From assembly GCA_963710635.1 (NCBI GenBank), contig CAVQAY010000001.1:25674-89673 (forward strand): a stretch of 64,000 nucleotides of DNA. Reading direction: 5' to 3'. The notes below the pieces were generated by a model, which worked only from the letters and a program-made list of their open reading frames with translations, was not told the origin of the DNA and searched no databases. The translations under genes and the position numbers were made by a program. Numbering within the stretch: the stretch's first letter is position 1; the number at the start of each line of letters is the position of its first letter. Below are positions 28,588-36,955 of the stretch, in pieces. This DNA comes from an uncultured delta proteobacterium. Lineage in GTDB: Bacteria; Myxococcota_A; UBA9160.

Positions 28588-30610
28588 TTAGACAGCAATC
28601 TTTCCGCCGCCCTGTTTTGTCACAACCACAACAGACGGGCGGGGCGGCATGCCGTCCTTGAAATCGGGCCAGCGTGTCGCCGGATCGTCAAAGGTCGACT
28701 CCCGTTCGAACCCCTTGAAATCCTTGGTGCCGTCGGTGCCCGGATGCTGTACCGCCAGAAACAGGGTTTCGCTGTCGTCGGTAAAGTAGGGGCCGCACAG
28801 TTCCGCGCCCACGGGGCAACGGAAGAACAGCTTGGAATGGCCGCGCAAATCGCCTTCGGTCTCAAGGCCGTAAAGCCCGTCGGATTTCAGTGTCTTGCCC
28901 CAGCTCGATCCCTGATCGGTGGAAATCCAAAGCCGCCCATCGGCATCAATCGCGCAATTGTCGGGCGATCCGAACCAGCCGTTGGCAGATGTTTCGGGAT
29001 TCCACTGTGCGCCCACCTCGGCAATCGACGGATCACCGCATTTGACTAGGATGGACCATGTGCCTGTGGTGGCGGCATGGTTGCCGTCGGCCTCCTTGAT
29101 TTCGATGATGTGACCGAAACTGCTGTCGGCGCGCGGGTTGGCGGCGTTGACCTGTTCGGGGGTGCGGCGGGTGTTGTTGGTCAGCATGATATAGGCCGTA
29201 CCATCGCCGCGCGGTTGGGCATCTTCGGGGCGGTCCATCGGGGTGGCGCCCAGCAGATCGGCGGCCATGCGCGCATCAATCATCACGTCGCCCTGATCGT
29301 TGAACCCGTTTTCCGCCGTCAGCGGGCCGGTGCCGTGCACCAGCGGCAACCAGGTGAGTGTACCGTCCTCGTCAAAGCGGGCCACGTATAATGTGCCATC
29401 CGCCAGCAGGGTGGAATTGGCTGTTGCATCTTCGCTGACCGTACCGGCCGAGACATATTTGTACTGGTAATCGAACTGGTTGTCGTCGCCGGTATAGATC
29501 ACCAGATGGCCGTCGCTGGATATTGTTGTTTCGGCCCCTTCATGGCGGAACCGGCCCAGTGCCGTGTGTTTGACCGGCAGCGCATCGGGGTTGCGCGGGT
29601 CGACCTCGACGATCCAGCCAAAGCGGTTGGCCTCATTCGGGTCTTTGTCGATGTTGAAACGGTCGTAATACTTGCCCCACGCGTACCACATGCCCGGCAC
29701 GCCATAGCGTTTCATGGATGCCGCCTGCGGTTGGGCAGACAGGTCCGGCTTGCCTTCGGCGTCCAGCGTGTCCGTCCAGAAATAGCCGTGGAAGTTTTCT
29801 TCGGCCATCAGATAGGTGCCCCACGGTGTCATACCGCCAGCGCAATTGTTCAGGGTTCCGATCACGGTCATGCCATCCGGATCGGCGCTGGTTTTCATGC
29901 GGGCGTGGCCTGCGGCAGGGCCCGAAAGGGTCATGTCCGTGTTCAGCGGGGTAATGCGGCGGTTGTAGTGTCCGTCGCGCACAACAGTCCACTTGCCGTT
30001 GCTGCCTTTAGCAATTTCGACAACAGTGCCGCCATGTGCGGCCATTTCGATATCCACCAAGTCCTTGGTCATACCGGCGAAATCCTGTGTGTCCTGACGG
30101 CCAAGACCGGGAAACATCACCTCTTCATTGGTGTATTCATGGTTGACGCATAGCAACCCGCGCCCCGGTTCCAGTTCGGTATATCCGACGTAATCATTGT
30201 TATAGCCGAACTGTTTCAACTGCGCCTCGACCGATTGGTTCAGACGGGTCGAAATCGGGCGCATCCGCTGTGATCGGATCGCCCCAGCGCAGCAGAACAT
30301 CGGCATCATACCCTTCGGCGATGTGATGGGTTTCGTCGTTGCCCCATGTCAGTTCGTCAAAGGAGTAGCGGCTGGCCTTGGACATGGCAGAGGCCTGTTT
30401 CGGGGCGATCATCGCGGATGTGCCGAACAGGGCGGTCGTGGCCGATACCCCCAATATCCCTTTAAGCATATCACGGCGACCATAGCGCGCATTGATCACG
30501 TCACCGATGGTGCGGGTCAGATTGGGGTTTGTGGGGATATCGTCGAAGGCTTCGAAGGCTTCGGCTTTGTTTCCGTGCTGGGGATCGTTGAGAATGGATT
30601 TACGGCTCAT
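28588..30610 (-). pseudogene. phoX: alkaline phosphatase PhoX (DUF839), Tat-exported, apparent frameshift near 30240-30255
   Basis: ORF 30200..30610 gives the N-terminus with a twin-arginine signal (YGRRDMLKGILGVSATTALFG) up to ...LLRWGDPITADAPDFDP. ORF 28588..30309 continues with LNQSVEAQLKQFGYNNDY...CVNHEY... (PhoX beta-propeller) in another frame. Confidence 0.8.
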
Positions 30611-30673
30611 GAGGCACCTTTTGCTGGCTGGCGGTCCGGCAGATCGGACCAGATGGACTCGCCAGCAATCTGA

Positions 30674-30689
30674 CTGTCAGAAATGACAG
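30674..30689. promoter_or_regulatory. inverted repeat CTGTCA-gaaa-TGACAG upstream of phoX (contains a CTGTCAT Pho-box-like heptamer on the gene strand)
   Basis: 64-79 nt upstream of the phoX ATG (30610) and about 30 nt downstream of the soxT stop. It could equally be a weak soxT terminator hairpin. Confidence 0.25.
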
Positions 30690-30716
30690 GGCGGTGACGC
30701 GCGTGTAACACCGGTA

Positions 30717-31775
30717 TTATTCTGCCAGTGAAAACCCCGTTATCAACTGGCGCAATCCCAGTGCGGCACCGGCAACAATTGCAATCATGGTCACTGGCGC
30801 GCCAAAGGCAAGGACACTGAACGCCGACAGGCCCTGACCAACGGTGCACCCCATCGCGATCACGGCACCGGCGCCCATAATGGCGGCCCCGATGATCTGA
30901 CGGCGCAATTCACGCGGATCATCGCAGGCTTCCCACCGGAAATGCCCTTTGATCAGCGATCCGATAAACGCACCGATCCACACGCCGGCCACTGACCCGA
31001 CCGCAAAGGATATCGCGCGTGTGCCGCCTGTCATCGCGTAAAGAATGGTTTCGCCCAACGGTGCGGAATAGGAATGCGACACGATCTGATTGGCCTCGAA
31101 CCCGTTGGCGGCGACCCATGCGGTGCCGGCCCATCCGCTGATGATGGCCAGCCCGACGATGGCGGCCCAGATGACAGAAGACGGGGCCGCGCGAAAAGTC
31201 TGTGACATCAGCGCCCCCGCACACAGACACAGCCCGACGGCAATGCCGATGGCGGTGACGGACAGGCCGGACACCTTGGCAAGCGCATGGGCTATTCCGG
31301 GGGGCGTGTTGCCCACAACCGGCGTCTGGTGGAAAATCCAGTCACGCAACGGCGCCAGTGGCCCCGCCAGAACCACATAGGTGGAAATGCCCATAACCAG
31401 CACAATCACGAAAGACCGCAGATCGCCCCCGCCCAGACGGGCAATGGCCCCAAACCCGCAATTGCCCGACAGCGCCATGCCATAGCCGAACATCAGCCCG
31501 CCGATGACCGACGCCATCGGCATCCACTGGATCGACAGGTAAAACGTATCCGCGCCGTTCAGCCATCCGGCCCCCATCAGGGCAAAACTGCCGGTGATCG
31601 CAACCCCGATGGCCAGCAACCACATGCGCATACGCACATCCGATCCGCCATACAGCATGTCTTCGATCGCGCCCAAGGTGCAAAACCGGCCCAGCCGTGC
31701 GGCAAGGCCCAGCAGCACGCCGCCCACAAGGCCGACAGCGGCCATCCATTGAGGTTCAGATAAAAGATCAAACAT
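30717..31775 (-). CDS. soxT: YeeE/YedE-family sulfur-compound transporter (SoxT-like)
   Basis: 352 aa, polytopic, with duplicated sulphur-transport-domain motifs (GRFCTLGAIED... and MGCTVGQGLS). Located next to soxR, as in Paracoccus. Confidence 0.75.
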   Translation of the reverse strand: MFDLLSEPQWMAAVGLVGGVLLGLAARLGRFCTLGAIEDMLYGGSDVRMRMWLLAIGVAITGSFALMGAGWLNGADTFYLSIQWMPMASVIGGLMFGYGMALSGNCGFGAIARLGGGDLRSFVIVLVMGISTYVVLAGPLAPLRDWIFHQTPVVGNTPPGIAHALAKVSGLSVTAIGIAVGLCLCAGALMSQTFRAAPSSVIWAAIVGLAIISGWAGTAWVAANGFEANQIVSHSYSAPLGETILYAMTGGTRAISFAVGSVAGVWIGAFIGSLIKGHFRWEACDDPRELRRQIIGAAIMGAGAVIAMGCTVGQGLSAFSVLAFGAPVTMIAIVAGAALGLRQLITGFSLAE

Positions 31776-31813
31776 CGCCGTGGTCCTCCCCCAGACCGTG
31801 AGCCGAATGTATG

Positions 31814-32149
31814 TCAGTCCGTGGCACAGAACAATTCGTACACCACTTCCAGAATTTTGCGAGGCCGGTCATCTGCGAGACGGTAAAAAATCGTTTTTCC
31901 GTCCCGCCGGGGGATAACCAGCCCCTCAAGCCGCAGGCGCGACAATTGCTGGGACACAGCCGCTTGTCGCGCGGACAGCAGATCTTCCAGTTCGGTCACG
32001 GATTTTTCACCCGACACCAGATGGCACAGGATCATCAGGCGGCCTTCGTGGCTGATCGCCTTCAGGAAATTGGACGCATTGGTCGCGTTTTCGACCATCT
32101 GGTCCATTTCTTCATCGGAAATGTCCGCGGAAAATTCCGGCAATCCCAT
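31814..32149 (-). CDS. soxR: ArsR-family transcriptional repressor SoxR
   Basis: 111 aa. ArsR/SmtB wHTH (RLMILCHLVSGEKSVTELEDLLSARQAAVSQQLSRLRLEGLV). Position within the sox locus. Confidence 0.85.
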   Translation of the reverse strand: MGLPEFSADISDEEMDQMVENATNASNFLKAISHEGRLMILCHLVSGEKSVTELEDLLSARQAAVSQQLSRLRLEGLVIPRRDGKTIFYRLADDRPRKILEVVYELFCATD

Positions 32150-32182
32150 GGCTATCTTTCCCTTGTCGTCATTCGGTGCGCC

Positions 32183-32698
32183 CTAGAACGCAATCTGGTC
32201 CTCAATCGCGTCAATTCCAGCCTGAGCACATTCATCGTCGAGGTCAGGGCCCGGAGCGCCGGAAACCCCTATACCAGCCACCATGGAACCGCCACCTTCA
32301 TAAACAACAAGGCCGCCGCCCAAGGGTAACGCTTCTGTGAGGTGGCGAATGCCGGAAGAAATCTCGCCCGCCTGGGTTGTGACGGCCAGTTCGGTTGTGC
32401 CGGTGCGGAACGATACGGCCGTCCACGCCTTGCGCCGCGAGGTTTCATAAACATGCGCCCCGGCAAAGCGATCACGCACAAAGACCTGCGGCAGCCCGAA
32501 CCGGTCCACCACGGTCACGCCCACCTGATAGCCCATGGCGCGGCACGCCAACATGGCGGCGTCCGCCATTTCTGCCGCCACTTCGGGTTTCAGAACCTGA
32601 AATTCGACAAAGGCGTTTGTGTCGTCGGCAAGGGCGGGGGCTGCACATGTCAGCGCCACGGTTAAGGCCAGTGTTTTTTGAGCAAGTGTTTTTTTCAT
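32183..32698 (-). CDS. GlcG/HbpS-like (DUF336) haem-binding-family protein with signal peptide
   Basis: 171 aa from the internal ATG (MKKTLAQKTLALTVALTCAAPALA signal). Shows VTVVDRFG...AW.TA..F..., LPLGGGLVVYEGG..VAGIGVSGAPGPDLDDECAQAG, typical of DUF336. Its start overlaps the soxS stop by 4 nt. Confidence 0.7.
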   Translation of the reverse strand: MKKTLAQKTLALTVALTCAAPALADDTNAFVEFQVLKPEVAAEMADAAMLACRAMGYQVGVTVVDRFGLPQVFVRDRFAGAHVYETSRRKAWTAVSFRTGTTELAVTTQAGEISSGIRHLTEALPLGGGLVVYEGGGSMVAGIGVSGAPGPDLDDECAQAGIDAIEDQIAF

Positions 32699-33066
32699 GA
32701 TCCTGTCTCTCCTGTGTAATCTGTGTGGGCGCGCAACATGTCGTTCAGCAGCGGCCAGAAAAAATTTTCGCCGGGGTAACCTTCGATCCGCGCCAGTTCC
32801 TGCCCATCGCGGATCAACACGAATGTCGGTGTGAATGTCACACGGCGCGCATAGGTGAAATCGTCCGGTTTTGTGCGCAGATCTATGCGGCGCAGCGGGG
32901 CAAACTGGCCTTCGGGTGTGTTCGGATAGGCGGGGCCAATCTCTTCGTTCCAGGCCTGGCACCAATGGCAACCGGGTTGTTCGACCATCACCAGTTCAAA
33001 TGCCCGCACAGCCCCCGCAGCGATCACCAGAACCGCGACGCATAAGGTGGTTTGAAGAAATTTCAT
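32695..33066 (-). CDS. soxS: periplasmic thioredoxin-like protein SoxS
   Basis: 123 aa from MKFLQTTLCVAVLVIAAGAVRA (signal peptide). Has a CxxC motif (PGCHWC). Divergent from soxV. Confidence 0.75.
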   Translation of the reverse strand: MKFLQTTLCVAVLVIAAGAVRAFELVMVEQPGCHWCQAWNEEIGPAYPNTPEGQFAPLRRIDLRTKPDDFTYARRVTFTPTFVLIRDGQELARIEGYPGENFFWPLLNDMLRAHTDYTGETGS

Positions 33067-33104
33067 GATGCGGCCAAATAGCGATTGCGTTTTATAATAC
33101 ATAA

Positions 33105-33119
33105 TTTGAATATGTGAAT
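33105..33119. promoter_or_regulatory. AT-rich TGAATA-tg-TGAATA motif in the soxS-soxV divergent intergenic region (candidate SoxR site), next to a TATAAT hexamer at 33093-33098
   Basis: Read directly: ttTATAATacataaTTTGAATAtgTGAATAgatc, within the 89-bp gap between soxS (33066) and soxV (33156). Confidence 0.35.
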
Positions 33120-33155
33120 AGATCAAGCTGAACAGTGCCAGCCTGAGGGGGAGCC

Positions 33156-33894
33156 ATGTTTGATATTACATTTGCGGGGGCAATGCTGGCAGGGTTGCTA
33201 AGCTTTTTCACGCCCTGCATTTTACCAATGGTTCCGTTCTATCTGTCGTATATGGGCGGCCTGTCCGTCAGCGAATTGCGCGAAGACGGCGCCATTGCTG
33301 CAGGGGCGCAGCGGCGTTTGTTTGCATCGTCGGTTTTTTTCGCGCTTGGCGTAAGCACGATTTTTGTACTGCTCGGGATGGGCGCGACCGCGCTGGGGCA
33401 GGCTTTTGGCACCTATCTGGATCAACTGACCTATGTCGCGGCTGCGATCCTGATCGTGTTCGGTCTGCATTTTCTGGGCATAATCAAAGTGCCGTTTCTG
33501 TACCGCGAGGCAAAACTGGAAAGCAGCGCCGCGCCCAGCACGGTCATCGGGGCCTATCTGATGGGGTTGGCCTTCGGCTTTGGCTGGACCCCCTGTGTCG
33601 GGCCTGCGCTGGCCTCGATCCTGATGATTGCCAGCGGCATGGGCGACATCTGGCGCGGGCGGATTGCTGTTGCTGGTCTACGGCCTGTCAATGACCGCGC
33701 CGTTTGTCATCGCAGCATTGTTTGCCAAACCGTTTCTGGCGTGGGTGCAGCGCAACCGCCGGTTCATGCCCTATGTTGAAAAGGCAATGGGGATCATGCT
33801 GATCGTCTTTGCCATACTGATCCTGACCAACACGGTGACAGTCATCGCGGATGCGATGATCCGCTGGTTCCCGTGGTTCAGCACACTTGGATAA
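33156..33894 (+). pseudogene. soxV: CcdA/DsbD-family thiol-disulfide transporter SoxV, apparent frameshift near 33655-33662
   Basis: ORF 33156..33779 has FFTPCILPMVPFYL and GWTPCVGPALASIL (the two CcdA cysteines) up to ...GDIWRG. The continuation GLLLLVYGLSMTAPFVIAALFAKPFL... is in ORF 33628..33894. Confidence 0.75.
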
Positions 33895-33917
33895 CGCAAC
33901 ACCACAAGGAGGAAGAA

Positions 33918-34496
33918 ATGAAACATCTTTTTGCCGGGCTATTGGCCCTGATCATGGCCCTTCCGGTCGGGGCTGCCGAACTGGGCGATGATGGCCTGCA
34001 CAAAACGCCGTGGATGCGTGACACCTTCAAAGACCTGCGCGAGGATCTGGACGAGGCCAATGCCGAAGGCAAACGGCTGGTTCTGTTCTTTGAACAGCGC
34101 GGCTGCATCTATTGCACCAAGATGCACAAAGAGGTGTTCCCGCGCGAAGAGGTGTCTTCCTACATCGAAGACAACTTTTTTGTCGTGCAGCTGAACCTGC
34201 ATGGCGACATCGAAGTGACGGATTTTGACGGCGAAACGCTGTCGGAAAAAGACATGGCGCGCAAATGGGGGATTCTGTTCACTCCGACCATCATGTTCAT
34301 CGATGAACAGGTCGAAGATGGTGCACCCGCAACGCAGGCCACTGTCGCTGTCATGCCCGGCGCCTTCGGGGCAGGGACCACACTGGACATGTTCACATGG
34401 GTTGCCGAAAAGCGCTATGCCCTTGACGGGGATGAAGATTTTCAACGCTACCATGCGCGCCGCATTCAGGAACGCAGCAATGGCAGCTTTGATTGA
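33918..34496 (+). CDS. soxW: periplasmic thioredoxin SoxW
   Basis: Start at the ATG after AAGGAGGAAGAA. Has a signal peptide (MKHLFAGLLALIMALPVGAA) and a CIYC active-site motif. Confidence 0.8.
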   Translation: MKHLFAGLLALIMALPVGAAELGDDGLHKTPWMRDTFKDLREDLDEANAEGKRLVLFFEQRGCIYCTKMHKEVFPREEVSSYIEDNFFVVQLNLHGDIEVTDFDGETLSEKDMARKWGILFTPTIMFIDEQVEDGAPATQATVAVMPGAFGAGTTLDMFTWVAEKRYALDGDEDFQRYHARRIQERSNGSFD

Positions 34497-34524
34497 CAGG
34501 CCGCTTGATGCGCTAAAAATGCTC

Positions 34525-34547
34525 ATTCATTCACATCAATGAATTTG
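34525..34547. promoter_or_regulatory. inverted repeat ATTCATT-cacatc-AATGAAT(TTG) in the soxW-soxX intergenic region (candidate SoxR operator)
   Basis: Perfect 7-bp arms. It shares the 10-mer AATGAATTTG with the soxB-soxC palindrome. Confidence 0.4.
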
Positions 34548-34630
34548 TTGTTGCATCCTGAACGTCCGGTAGCCTACGGTATACACATCGCTGTCACAGC
34601 CATCCAGAACAGACAGCCAAGGGAGGGACT

Positions 34631-35104
34631 ATGAGGTTTTCATCTTTGACACTTGCGGCCTGCATCGCAGCGGCAGGGGCCGTATCTGCGGCAGAATCGG
34701 TTGCACCGGCCGATGTGGCCTATGAAGACGGTGCCGTGGCGGCATCGCTCAGCGGGGCCGCGGGAGATGCGGAAAACGGACGCGCGGTCATGACAAATCG
34801 CGGGTTGGGCAATTGCGTGGCCTGCCATGAAGTCACCGCATTAAAAGACGCGCCGTTCCACGGCGAAGTCGGACCACCGCTTGATGGTGTCGCGGATCGC
34901 TGGAGCGAAGCGGAACTGCGCGGCATCGTGGCCAACGCCAAGATGACCTACGAGGGCAGTGTGATGCCCGCGTTTTACAAGACCAGCGGTTTTATCCGCC
35001 CCGGTGATGGCTACACCGGCGACGCAGCCACCGCGATCGAACCGATTCTGTCGGCACAAGACGTGGAAGATGTTGTCGCCTTTCTGATGACCCTGAAGGA
35101 ATAA
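34631..35104 (+). CDS. soxX: c-type cytochrome SoxX
   Basis: 157 aa. Has a signal peptide and a single CVACH haem motif. RBS AAGGGAGG. Precedes soxYZ. Confidence 0.85.
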   Translation: MRFSSLTLAACIAAAGAVSAAESVAPADVAYEDGAVAASLSGAAGDAENGRAVMTNRGLGNCVACHEVTALKDAPFHGEVGPPLDGVADRWSEAELRGIVANAKMTYEGSVMPAFYKTSGFIRPGDGYTGDAATAIEPILSAQDVEDVVAFLMTLKE

Positions 35105-35155
35105 CAGCGCCTCTCATGCAGGCGCAAAGCTAACCCGAGATTAAGGAGACGAGAT

Positions 35156-35572
35156 ATGAATCTCTCACGACGCGATACACTGGCATTGGGACTTGGCGCT
35201 GTTGCGCTGACGATTATGCCATACCGCGCCAATGCCGCAGCAGATGATCTGATTGCGGCATTCACCGGCGGGGCCGAGGTGACGGACGGCGGCGTAACGC
35301 TGACCGCGCCGGAAATTGCCGAAAACGGCAACACCGTTCCGATCGAAGTCAGCGCTGATGGCGCCGAGGCGATCATGGTGCTGGCACTTGGCAACCCGAC
35401 ACCCCCTGTGGCCACCTTCAAATTCGGTCCGTTGGCCGGCGCTCAGGCTGCCAGCACCCGGATCCGTCTGGCCGGTACACAGGATGTCGTGGCGATTGCC
35501 AAGATGAGCGACGGCAGCTTCAAGCGGGCGTCATCCACGGTAAAAGTTACAATTGGCGGCTGCGGCGGCTAA
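35156..35572 (+). CDS. soxY: thiosulfate oxidation carrier protein SoxY
   Basis: 138 aa. Tat-like start (SRRDTLALGLGA) and the diagnostic C-terminal GGCGG-stop. Confidence 0.9.
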   Translation: MNLSRRDTLALGLGAVALTIMPYRANAAADDLIAAFTGGAEVTDGGVTLTAPEIAENGNTVPIEVSADGAEAIMVLALGNPTPPVATFKFGPLAGAQAASTRIRLAGTQDVVAIAKMSDGSFKRASSTVKVTIGGCGG

Positions 35573-35596
35573 CCCGAGAGATAAGGAGATACGAAC

Positions 35597-35926
35597 ATGG
35601 CAGACGGTGTAAAACCCCGCGTCAAAGTCCCGAAAACAGCGGCCGCTGGCGAAGCGATCCAGATCAAGACCCTGATTTCGCACCAGATGGAAAGCGGTCA
35701 GCGCAAGGACAAGGAAGGCAATGTGATCCCGCGTTCGATCATCAACCGCTTTACCTGCGATTTCAACGGCCAGAACGTCATTGACGTTACGCTGGAACCG
35801 GCGATTTCGACCAACCCGTATATCGAATTTGCGGCCACCGTGCCGGAAGCCGGTGAATTCAAGTTCACATGGTACGACGATGACGGATCGGTCTACGAAG
35901 ACGCAAAAGCGATTGCCATCGGGTAA
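35597..35926 (+). CDS. soxZ: thiosulfate oxidation carrier complex protein SoxZ
   Basis: 109 aa. IKTLISHQMESG...RFTCDFNGQ... is typical of SoxZ. RBS AAGGAGA. Confidence 0.9.
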   Translation: MADGVKPRVKVPKTAAAGEAIQIKTLISHQMESGQRKDKEGNVIPRSIINRFTCDFNGQNVIDVTLEPAISTNPYIEFAATVPEAGEFKFTWYDDDGSVYEDAKAIAIG

Positions 35927-36014
35927 TCACCCGGTTGCCCAACAATTCAGAATGCTCCCTGTGCGCGACTTCACCGGTCGATGTCACAGGGGCGCATTTA
36001 AGGGAGGATACGCG

Positions 36015-36865
36015 ATGACATTAAAACCAATAACAGCGGCAATCGCAGTGCTGGCAGGAACGTCGACACTGGCGTTTGCCGATGAAAGCGCCAAACTGGT
36101 CGTAAACGGCGAGATCGAAATGGTCACACAGACCGAGCCGCACCGGAGCACGCTGAAAACCTGTCGGAAATCTATTCCGGCTGGGTGTTCCGGACAGACG
36201 AAACCCAGGCCTTGCAGATGGATGATTTCGACAATCCCGGCATGGTGTTCGTCGATCTTGGGATGGACCAGTGGAATGCCGTTGAAGGCAGCGAAGGCAA
36301 ATCCTGCGCCAGTTGCCACGAAGATGTGGAAACCAGCATGAAGGGCGTGCGCGCCGTTTATCCGAAATGGAATGAAACGGCAGGCGAGGTACGCACCCTT
36401 GCGCATCAGATCAATGATTGCCGTGAAAACCAGATGGGTGCCGACAAGTGGAAATATGACGGCGGCGATATGGCCAACATGGAAGCGTTGATCAGCGTCC
36501 AGTCGCGTGGAATGCCGGTGAATGTGGCAATTGACGGTCCGGTTCAGGCCGCATGGGAAGCGGGAAAAGAGATGTATTACACCCGCTTTGGCCAGCTTGA
36601 ACTGTCCTGTGCAAATTGCCACGAAGAAAACTATGGCAATATGATCCGCGCCGATCACCTGAGCCAGGGCCAGATCAACGGATTTCCCGTGTACCGCCTG
36701 AAAAACGCAAAGCTGAACACATCGCACGCACGCTTCAAGGGCTGTATCCGTGACACGCGCGCCGAAACGTTCAAACCCGGCAGCCCCGAATTTGTGGCAT
36801 TGGAACTTTACGTTGCAAGCCGCGGAAACGGGTTGTCGGTTGAAGGGCCGTCAGTTCGTAACTGA
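36015..36865 (+). pseudogene. soxA: dihaem cytochrome c SoxA, apparent frameshift near 36135-36146
   Basis: The signal peptide and N-terminus (MTLKPITAAIAVLAGTSTLAFA...EIEMVTQTEP) are in one frame from 36015. The rest (..EHAENLSEIYSGWVFRTDETQALQMDDFDNP...CASCH...CANCH...GNGLSVEGPSVRN) is in ORF 36185..36865, a frame open from 36086. It aligns by eye with Paracoccus SoxA across the junction. Confidence 0.8.
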
Positions 36866-36892
36866 CTGTTATAAAATCAAGAAACACACTTG

Positions 36893-36916
36893 CCCCTTCC
36901 GCATCAGCGGAAGGGG
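36893..36916 (+). other. strong intercistronic hairpin between soxA and soxB
   Basis: CCCCTTCCGC-atca-GCGGAAGGGG, a perfect 10-bp stem with no U-tract. Confidence 0.6.
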
Positions 36917-36924
36917 ACAGGATA

Positions 36925-36936
36925 TTTGAATTCAAA
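36925..36936. promoter_or_regulatory. perfect 12-bp palindrome TTTGAATTCAAA just upstream of soxB
   Basis: Read directly. Shares the TGAATT core with the other sox intergenic palindromes. Confidence 0.35.
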
Positions 36937-36955
36937 ACCCACCTGACGGAGCCTG

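Noticed and set aside
24900-28600. Search for mobility hallmarks at the island borders (integrase, transposase, tRNA or tmRNA target, flanking direct repeats)
   Set aside because: None recognised by eye on either strand, so I do not call a mobile element. Only a compositional island is reported.
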